Source: Actinomycetota bacterium (GTDB lineage: Bacteria > Actinomycetota > UBA4738 > HRBIN12). From it: 44,178 bases of DNA. The notes beneath the pieces are model-generated. The model saw only the letters and a program-made list of their open reading frames with translations. It was not told the origin of the DNA and did no database searches. The stretch is from NCBI GenBank assembly GCA_021325015.1, contig JAJPHY010000150.1, positions 1 through 44,178 of the forward strand. Direction: 5' to 3'. A program made the position numbers and the translations under genes. Of this stretch, positions 38,090 through 44,178 are shown in pieces (positions within the stretch are counted from its first letter, which is position 1; each line of letters starts with the position of its first letter).

Positions 38090-39192
38090 GGTTCATCGAC
38101 GAGTACCGCGACGAGCGTATCGCGCGCGGTCTGCTCGACGAGATCGCGCGAACGGTGACCCGGCCGTGGACGCTGATGGAGGTCTGCGGTGGTCAGACCC
38201 ACACCCTCATCCGCGCCGGCATCGACCAGCTGCTTCCGGCCGAGATCGAGCTCGTGCACGGCCCGGGCTGTCCCGTGTGCGTGACGCCCCTTGCGCTGAT
38301 CGACGAGGCGATCGCGATCGCCAAGCGCCCCGACGCGATCCTGTGCTCGTTCGGCGACATGCTCCGCGTTCCGGGCTCGAGCGAGGACCTGTTCATGGCC
38401 CGCGCCGCCGGGGCGGACGTGCGCGTCGTGTACTCGCCGCTCGACGCGCTCGAGGTCGCTCGGCGCAACCCGGACAGGACCGTGGTCTTCTTCGCGGTGG
38501 GGTTCGAGACCACCGCGCCGGCGAACGCGATGGCGGTCAAGCAGGCCAAGGAGCTCGGCATCGCGAACTTCGCCCTGCTCGTCGCCCACGTGCTCGTGCC
38601 GCCGGCGATCGCGGCCATCTTGGTCTCCCCCGGCAACCGCGTCCAGGGCTTCCTCGCGCCGGGTCATGTGTGCGCGGTGCAGGGCTGGACCGAGTACGAG
38701 CCGATCGCGCGCGAGTTCCACGTGCCCCTCGTGGTCACCGGGTTCGAGCCCGTCGACCTTCTGGAGGGCATCCTGATGGTGGTGCGCCAGCTCGAGGAGG
38801 GACGCGCGGAGGTCGAGAACCAGTACGTCCGCGCCGTCGGCCGGACCGGCAACGTCGCCGCCCAGGCCGTGGTCGCGGAGGTGTTCGAGACGTGCGATCG
38901 CGCCTGGCGCGGCATCGGGGTGATTCCGAGGAGCGGGCTCCGCCTTCGCGAGGCCTACCGAGACCACGACGCGGAGGTGCGGTTCCCGCGCGCCGGCGGG
39001 GTCCCCGCGTCTGAGTCCGAGATCTGCATCGCCGGGAGGGTGCTCGTCGGGCGGGCCAAGCCCGACGAGTGCCCTGCCTACGGCACCCGCTGCACGCCGG
39101 AGAACCCCCTCGGGGCCCCGATGGTCTCGAGCGAGGGGGCGTGCGCCGCGTACTTCCTCGCCGGCCGGGCGCGTCGGGAGGTGGGCTCGTGA
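38086..39192 (+). CDS. hypD: HypD
   Basis: [37 protein letters not shown]. Confidence 0.95.
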   Translation: MRFIDEYRDERIARGLLDEIARTVTRPWTLMEVCGGQTHTLIRAGIDQLLPAEIELVHGPGCPVCVTPLALIDEAIAIAKRPDAILCSFGDMLRVPGSSEDLFMARAAGADVRVVYSPLDALEVARRNPDRTVVFFAVGFETTAPANAMAVKQAKELGIANFALLVAHVLVPPAIAAILVSPGNRVQGFLAPGHVCAVQGWTEYEPIAREFHVPLVVTGFEPVDLLEGILMVVRQLEEGRAEVENQYVRAVGRTGNVAAQAVVAEVFETCDRAWRGIGVIPRSGLRLREAYRDHDAEVRFPRAGGVPASESEICIAGRVLVGRAKPDECPAYGTRCTPENPLGAPMVSSEGACAAYFLAGRARREVGS

Positions 39193-40268
39193 GTCGCGAG
39201 GGCGAGACGGCCGGCGCGCGGGATCGCGAGTTTGCGCTCCGCTGCCCCGTGCCGCTGCCGCCGGGGGACACCGTCCTGCTCGGTCATGGGAGCGGGGGCA
39301 AGCTCACGGCGCAGCTCATCCGGGACCTGTTCGTCCCGGTGCTCGCGGGCGACGGGTCGGAGCTCGCGCGTTTGGGCGACGCGGCCGTGGTCGAGGTGAA
39401 CGGCACGCGGCTCGCGTTCACGACCGACGCCTTCGTCGTCACGCCCGCGTTCTTCCCCGGCTCGAACATCGGCGAGCTCTCCGTGAACGGCACCGTGAAC
39501 GACCTCGCGATGATGGGCGCGAGGCCGCTGTTCCTCTCGGCGGCCTTGATCCTCGAGGAGGGGCTGCCGCTGCAGGACCTCGGCGAGGTCGTGACCGCGA
39601 TGGCGGAGGCGTGCCGGCGGGCCGGTGTCACGCTGGTGACCGGCGACACGAAGGTCGTCGAGCGCGGAAGCGCCGACGGGCTGTTCATCACGACCTCGGG
39701 GGTCGGCGTGATCCCCGACGGTGTCGAGGTGGGTCCGGAGCGCGCTCGCCCGGGGGACGTGGTGCTGGTCTCCGGCCCGGTCGGCTCCCACGGCGTCGCG
39801 GTGATGTCGCGCCGCGCCGGGATCGAGTTCGAGGCGGAGCTCGTCTCCGACACCGCTCCGCTCACCGAGCTCGTGCACGCGATGATCGCCGCGGGCGACG
39901 TCCGGTGCCTACGGGACGCGACGCGCGGCGGCCTCGCGAGCGTGCTGAACGAGCTCGCGCAGGCGTCGAACGTCTCGATCACCGCGATCGAGGCCCAGAT
40001 CCCCGTGCTCGCGCCCGTGCGCGCCGCGTGCGAGATGCTCGGGCTCGATCCGCTGTACGTGGCCAACGAGGGCGTGTGCGTGGCGATCGTCGCTCCGGAG
40101 GACGCCGAGGCGGTGCTCGCCGCGGCGCGCTCGAACCCGCGCGGTGAGCACGCCGCCATCGTGGGGAGCGTCGGCGAGGGGCCGCCCAAGGTCTCGCTCC
40201 GAACCGGGCTCGGCGCGACCCGCCCCCTGATCCTGCTGGCCGGCGACCAGCTCCCCCGGATCTGCTGA
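39189..40268 (+). CDS. hypE: HypE
   Basis: [33 protein letters not shown]-terminal LPRIC. Confidence 0.95.
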   Translation: MSREGETAGARDREFALRCPVPLPPGDTVLLGHGSGGKLTAQLIRDLFVPVLAGDGSELARLGDAAVVEVNGTRLAFTTDAFVVTPAFFPGSNIGELSVNGTVNDLAMMGARPLFLSAALILEEGLPLQDLGEVVTAMAEACRRAGVTLVTGDTKVVERGSADGLFITTSGVGVIPDGVEVGPERARPGDVVLVSGPVGSHGVAVMSRRAGIEFEAELVSDTAPLTELVHAMIAAGDVRCLRDATRGGLASVLNELAQASNVSITAIEAQIPVLAPVRAACEMLGLDPLYVANEGVCVAIVAPEDAEAVLAAARSNPRGEHAAIVGSVGEGPPKVSLRTGLGATRPLILLAGDQLPRIC

Positions 40269-40365
40269 TCCGGCCGGCTCGCGGTCGGCCGCGCCGGTTG
40301 TGCGCCTCGCCCTTCGCCGGTAGCGTGCGGGTGCCCACCCGCCGTTCGACCGAAGGAGCCCAGGA

Positions 40366-41385
40366 GTGCCCGATCGAGAGTTCTGGATCGACCGGACCGA
40401 GGAGATCCCGGAGGACGAGTTCACCGAGTTCTCCGACTACGACCTGCCGCCTCATGTCGGCTCGACCTCGTTCCAAAAGGTGCTGTGGTGCCCCGACGAC
40501 GAAAGCCTGCTCGCGAGCGGCGCCGAGGTCGCGATCGTCGGCGCGCCGATCGACGACGGCGCCTCGAACCGGTCCGGCGCGCGCTTCGGACCGCGGGCGA
40601 TCCGGGCGGCCACCTACCACTCGGGCGACCTGTGGTCGATCCAGCTCGAAACCGAGGTGCTCTCGAAGCTGAAGGTCGTGGACGCGGGCGACGCCCCGGT
40701 GGTGCCCTCGCGCCTCGCGCGAGGGCTCCGCGTGATCCACGAGAAGGTGCTGCGGGTGGTGCGAACCGGCGCGATCCCGATCGTCCTCGGCGGCGACCAC
40801 TCGGTCACCTACTCGTCCGCCGCCGCGGTCGCCAGGCACCTCGACCCGCGGAAGGTCGGGATCGTGCACTTCGATGCCCACGCCGACACCGGCAACGACG
40901 TCTGGGGCTCGCTGATCTCGCACGGCGCCCCGATGCGACGGCTGATCGAGGAGGGGTGGATCGAGGGCCGGAACTTCGTCCAGGTCGGGCTCCGGGGGTA
41001 CTGGCCCGAGCGCGAGACCTTCGAATGGATGCGGGCGCAGGGCCTTCGCTGGCACCGGATGGTCGAGATCGAGGAGCGCGGGGCCGAGGCCGTGATCGAG
41101 GACGCGATCGCCGAGGCGCTCGACGGGCCCGACTGCATCTACCTCTCGATCGACATCGACGTCGTCGACCCCGGAGGCGCGCCGGGGACGGGAACGCCCG
41201 AGCCGGGCGGGCTGCTCCCGCGCGAGCTCCTGCGCGCCGTCCGGCAGATCGTGGGGCGCGTCGAGCTCGTGGGGATGGACGTGGTGGAGGTCTGCCCTCC
41301 CTATGACCCGGCCGAGGTGACGGCCGCGCTCGCGCACCGGTGCGTGCTCGAGGCGATCTCTGCCCTGGCCGCCAAGCGACCTTGA
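40366..41385 (+). CDS. speB: Agmatinase/ureohydrolase family protein
   Basis: GARFGPRAIR, GGDHS, DAHAD, SHG, DIDVVDP, APGTGTPEPGG, EVCPPYD; exact substrate uncertain. Confidence 0.8.
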   Translation: MPDREFWIDRTEEIPEDEFTEFSDYDLPPHVGSTSFQKVLWCPDDESLLASGAEVAIVGAPIDDGASNRSGARFGPRAIRAATYHSGDLWSIQLETEVLSKLKVVDAGDAPVVPSRLARGLRVIHEKVLRVVRTGAIPIVLGGDHSVTYSSAAAVARHLDPRKVGIVHFDAHADTGNDVWGSLISHGAPMRRLIEEGWIEGRNFVQVGLRGYWPERETFEWMRAQGLRWHRMVEIEERGAEAVIEDAIAEALDGPDCIYLSIDIDVVDPGGAPGTGTPEPGGLLPRELLRAVRQIVGRVELVGMDVVEVCPPYDPAEVTAALAHRCVLEAISALAAKRP

Positions 41386-41434
41386 CGGCCCTCGAGGCCG
41401 CCCGGCTTGGGGGGCGAGGCCGCGCTGTGGGCGA

Positions 41435-41761
41435 TCAGCCGGCGAAGGCCGCGGCTGCCTCGCGCGCGTCGCCATCGGCGCCCAGCCGTACCTTGATGCC
41501 CATGCGCCGGAGCATGTTGAGCATCCCCTCGCCCATGTGGTGGGCGACGATCGCCTCGACGCGGTGCTCGATGAGGAACCGGGCGATGCGGGCGTGATGT
41601 GACCCCTCGGGGCCGGCGTCGTGGGCGCGACTCCACCCGACGTCCAGCTCGTTCCAGCTCACCACCGCGCCGTCGCTCACCTCGGCGAGCGCCACCCGAT
41701 CCGCACGTCCCCACCGCGGATCGATCCGTCCGTCGGCAGCCACCGGAATGCAGACCACCAT
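41435..41761 (-). CDS. NifB/NifX-family cofactor-binding protein
   Basis: MVVCIPV...DPRWGRA...VEAIVAHHMGEGMLNMLRRMGIKV; GAGGGGGAG RBS. Confidence 0.78.
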   Translation of the reverse strand: MVVCIPVAADGRIDPRWGRADRVALAEVSDGAVVSWNELDVGWSRAHDAGPEGSHHARIARFLIEHRVEAIVAHHMGEGMLNMLRRMGIKVRLGADGDAREAAAAFAG

Positions 41762-41839
41762 GCTCGCTCCCCCTCGTCGTCCGCCGGTGCCAAGGGTACG
41801 GCGCGTCGCCCGGGACCGCCGGCCGCGTAGGCTAGGTGC

Positions 41840-42187
41840 GTGCGGGGGCAGGAGCGGTTCGAGGAGCTGGTGGCCGAGGCGGTCGACTCGCTGCCGGAGT
41901 GGGTCCGCGAGCGGATCGAGAACGTGGAGATCCTGGTCGAGGAGCGTCCGCCGCGGAGCGACCCGAACCTCCTCGGGCGCTACCACGGGGTCCCGCTCAC
42001 CAGGCGGGGCGCCGGCTACTTCGGCGTGTTGCCCGACACCATCACCCTGTACCGGAGCACGATCGAGCGCGAGGCCGGTCGCGACGAGGAGCGCCTGCGG
42101 GCGGTCGTCGCGCACACCGTGGCGCACGAGGTTGCCCACTACTTCGGCATCTCGGATGAGCGGCTCCGCGATCTCGACGTGTACTGA
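41840..42187 (+). CDS. Zincin-like metallopeptidase family protein (DUF1025-type)
   Basis: LLGRYHGVPLT, PDTITLYR, HEVAHYFGI; TAGGCT -10 lies 6 nt before the GTG (leaderless). Confidence 0.85.
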   Translation: MRGQERFEELVAEAVDSLPEWVRERIENVEILVEERPPRSDPNLLGRYHGVPLTRRGAGYFGVLPDTITLYRSTIEREAGRDEERLRAVVAHTVAHEVAHYFGISDERLRDLDVY

Positions 42188-42201
42188 AGGCGGAATGCCC
42201 G

Positions 42202-42684
42202 ATGGACGCCGCCAGCCGAACTCCACCCGACCGGACCGCGCTCGACGAGCGAATGATGCGGCTTGCGCTGGAGGAGGCGCGAAGGGCGGGCTCGGCGGGC
42301 GACGTTCCGGTCGGAGCGGTCCTCGCGCGCGGGGGCGAGGTCCTCGCGCGGGCTGGCAACGCGCGCGAGCGCGCTCGGGACCCGACCGCTCACGCGGAGG
42401 TGGTCGTCCTGCGCGAGGGCGCGCGGCGGCTCGGGACCTGGCACCTGGAGGGATGCGCGATCTACGTCACGCTCGAGCCCTGCGCGATGTGCGCGGGAGC
42501 GCTCGTGCTCTCCCGGGTCGGCCGGCTCGTGTTCGGAGCGGCCGACCCGAAGGCCGGGTTCGTGGGCTCGCTCGGCGACCTCGTCCGCGACCCCCGGCTG
42601 AACCACGCCGTCGAGGTCGTTTCCGGGGTCCTCGCCGGCGAGTGCGGCGAGGTCCTCCGCGAGTTCTTCCGCGATCGCCGCTGA
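42202..42684 (+). CDS. tadA: tRNA adenosine(34) deaminase
   Basis: DVPVGAV, DPTAHAE, VTLEPCAMCAGA, FGAADPKAG, RLNH. Confidence 0.92.
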   Translation: MDAASRTPPDRTALDERMMRLALEEARRAGSAGDVPVGAVLARGGEVLARAGNARERARDPTAHAEVVVLREGARRLGTWHLEGCAIYVTLEPCAMCAGALVLSRVGRLVFGAADPKAGFVGSLGDLVRDPRLNHAVEVVSGVLAGECGEVLREFFRDRR

Positions 42685-42815
42685 CGGGTCGGTGTGCGCA
42701 CGGGGGGCTCGGCACCTGCCCCGGGCCCGGCCGGGCGCGCCCGTTTCCCGCGGTCGATCTTGCCCTGGGGATGGGCCGTGAGGGCTGCCCGGGCCGGCTT
42801 GCTAGACTCGCCGGC

Positions 42816-42905
42816 GGAGGCGTGCCGGAGTGGACGAACGGGACCGCCTCGAAAGCGGTTAGGGGTCTAAACCGCCCCTCGCGTGTTCGAATCACGCCGC
42901 CTCCG
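42816..42905 (+). tRNA. tRNA-Ser(CGA)
   Basis: Acceptor stem GGAGGCG/CGCCTCC, anticodon arm ACCGC-CTCGAAA-GCGGT, long variable arm, T arm GCGTG-TTCGAAT-CACGC, G discriminator; CCA not encoded; TAGACT -10 at 42803. Confidence 0.95.
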
Positions 42906-42959
42906 CCGCAGCCGCACCGGATTGCCTGAGCACCGTTCGAGTCGCCGAGTACCGTATGC

Positions 42960-43145
42960 CACGGTGAACGTCGCCCGGGCGGTATCCGGCGGCAGCGCCA
43001 CGACGACGTCGAACGGTTCGCTCGCATCCCTGCCGATCTCCTTCCCCAGCGTCGAGAGCTGGGCCGCGGCCTCGGCGGCCGGCCGGGCGACGACGCCGGG
43101 GTCGGCCGGCGCGTCGAAGATTGGGAGGAAGAGCCCCGAGCGCAT
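42960..43145 (-). pseudogene. Internally deleted LLM-class oxidoreductase remnant
   Basis: MRSGLFLPIFDAPADPGVVARPAAEA resembles an LLM N-terminus, joined almost directly to EPFDVVVALPP (C-terminal-like); the ORF then runs antisense into the tRNA. Left boundary approximate. Confidence 0.55.
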
Positions 43146-43249
43146 GTGCTACCCGGGACCGAGGCCCGCCTCCGCCGCGTACCGGTGCCAGGCGACGTCA
43201 CCCGCGCCGTGGATCGGTGCGACGTGGCCTTCCGCATCGCTGAGATGAG

Positions 43250-43609
43250 TCAGGAGGCAACGGACGGATCGGCCTTCCAGAGGCCGAACGCGTTGCCGTG
43301 CGGGTCCTCGCAGGTCGCGAACCACCCCATGCCCGGCACCGGCGCCGGATCGTCGGCCCGGCCGCCCAGCTCCCTCACCCTGGCGACGCTCGCCTGGATG
43401 TCTTCGACGAAGAAGTACGTGCGCGTGCCCCGATCCTCGGGGTGCGAGGCCGTGATCGCCGCGCCCTGTCGATCGCCGATTCGCGTCATGTGGTACTCGA
43501 ACGGCCCGGGGATCTGGTCGAATCGCCATCCGAACAGCCCGCCCCAGAACTCCCTCGCCTCGGCCGTGTTGGCTGTGGGAATCTCGATGTGCGCGAACTC
43601 ACCGGCCAT
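43250..43609 (-). CDS. VOC/glyoxalase family protein
   Basis: HIEIP...AREFWGGLFGW, YFFVEDI...VRELGG, VPGMGWFATCEDPHGNAFGLW; AGGAGG RBS before ATG 43609. Confidence 0.88.
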   Translation of the reverse strand: MAGEFAHIEIPTANTAEAREFWGGLFGWRFDQIPGPFEYHMTRIGDRQGAAITASHPEDRGTRTYFFVEDIQASVARVRELGGRADDPAPVPGMGWFATCEDPHGNAFGLWKADPSVAS

Positions 43610-43799
43610 GAAGCCCTCCTTCTCCCCCGGCGACCTGGGGGAAGCAGACGACTCGCCCGACAGACTGTTGCCTCTGGGGTAGAGACACCGGTCGCCTCGG
43701 CCGTATTCCGTCGATGACGACGCTGGACCGCGAGATGTGACGTCGACGTTGGCGCGTGCGGTGACTCGATACGACCATCTTCCGCCGGGCCGGACTGAC

Positions 43800-43906
43800 G
43801 TTCGCATTCCCTGTTCGAAGCCTCCGCTGCGGTCCTTCTCGGGGCCGCCGGGACCCTGGTAGGCGCCGTCAAGGGCCACCGACGTCGTCACGACGAGCCT
43901 GCTCAC
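43800..43906 (-). pseudogene. N-terminal remnant of a dihydrofolate reductase/RibD_C-family gene
   Basis: MSRLVVTTSVALDGAYQGPGGPEKDRSGGFEQG with a good RBS; similarity disappears after about 34 codons. Confidence 0.65.
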
Positions 43907-43977
43907 GATCTCCCTCCTCGTGGTCGAGAGTTACGCTTCCCTTGGGATGCGAGGGGTCGCATCGCGGGCGCTCGAGC

Positions 43978-44178
43978 TCAGAAGCGGTCGGGGCGGAACG
44001 GCTCGAGCGAGAGCGAGCTCGGCTTGCCGGCCGCGAGCTCGGCGACGAGCTTCCCGGTCGCCGGCGACTGCGTGAACCCGAGCGTCCCGTGGCCGGCGGC
44101 GACGATCACGCCCCGGACGTTCGGAACCCATCCGATCGCCGGCAGGTCGTCGGGCATCAGCGGTCGGAACCCGAACCA
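43978..44178 (-). CDS. FAD-dependent D-amino acid dehydrogenase/oxidase family protein, C-terminal part
   Basis: Manual translation gives WFGFRPLMPDDLPAIG...AAGHGTLGFTQSPATGKLVAEL...PFRPDRF*; 5' end lies outside the window. Confidence 0.85.
   Translation of the reverse strand, partial: WFGFRPLMPDDLPAIGWVPNVRGVIVAAGHGTLGFTQSPATGKLVAELAAGKPSSLSLEPFRPDRF

Noticed and set aside
40366-41385. Ureohydrolase next to hyp genes as a Ni-dependent guanidine hydrolase (GdmH) system
   Set aside because: The motifs look like standard agmatinase (DAHAD, GTGTPEPGG), it has its own candidate -10 (TAGCGT at 40321), I saw no guanidine riboswitch, and the hyp genes are explained by the hydrogenases.
41435-41761. 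Nitrogen fixation
   Set aside because: Only a stand-alone NifX-like domain; no nifHDK/nifENB.
211-44131. Many long overlapping or antisense ORFs in the track (e.g. 35157..37796 -, 29393..31711 -, 18243..20228 -, 7711..9294 +) and N-terminal over-extensions
   Set aside because: Shadow ORFs expected at high GC; they are mostly Arg/Pro/Gly-rich, lack motifs and overlap well-supported genes.
1-44178. Mobile elements, prophage, defence systems or CRISPR arrays
   Set aside because: No transposase, integrase, phage, cas or toxin-antitoxin signatures were recognised.

Overview
Very GC-rich bacterial chromosomal window (roughly 70% by eye, not computed), most likely an actinobacterium: TANNNT -10 boxes ahead of apparently leaderless genes, tadA next to tRNA-Ser(CGA), and DosR-like boxes. 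From left to right: (1) a catabolic locus for an unknown substrate, made of a Liv-type ABC importer, a divergent LuxR-HTH/solute-binding-domain fusion regulator, and a deacetylase-SDR-SDR-C45-LLM operon, with the same palindromic operator in front of both operons; (2) two orphan PAS histidine kinases; (3) a sulfur-uptake locus (yezD/DUF2292, a structured 205-nt leader, sbp-cysTWA, ssuABC-like); (4) pncB divergent from a ~17 kb hydrogen cluster containing a group 3b [NiFe]-hydrogenase, HdrCBA-MvhDGA (group 3c), two maturation proteases and hypAFCDE without hypB; (5) an agmatinase-family gene, a NifX-like gene, a zincin, tadA, tRNA-Ser and decayed gene fragments. The strongest candidates for novelty are a twin-hairpin/anti-Shine-Dalgarno RNA switch behind yezD, the LuxR regulator built from a paralog of its own transporter's binding protein, and a methanogen-type bifurcating Hdr-Mvh complex joined to a group 3b hydrogenase under DosR-like boxes. 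All calls come from reading motifs by eye; no searches or folding programs were run.
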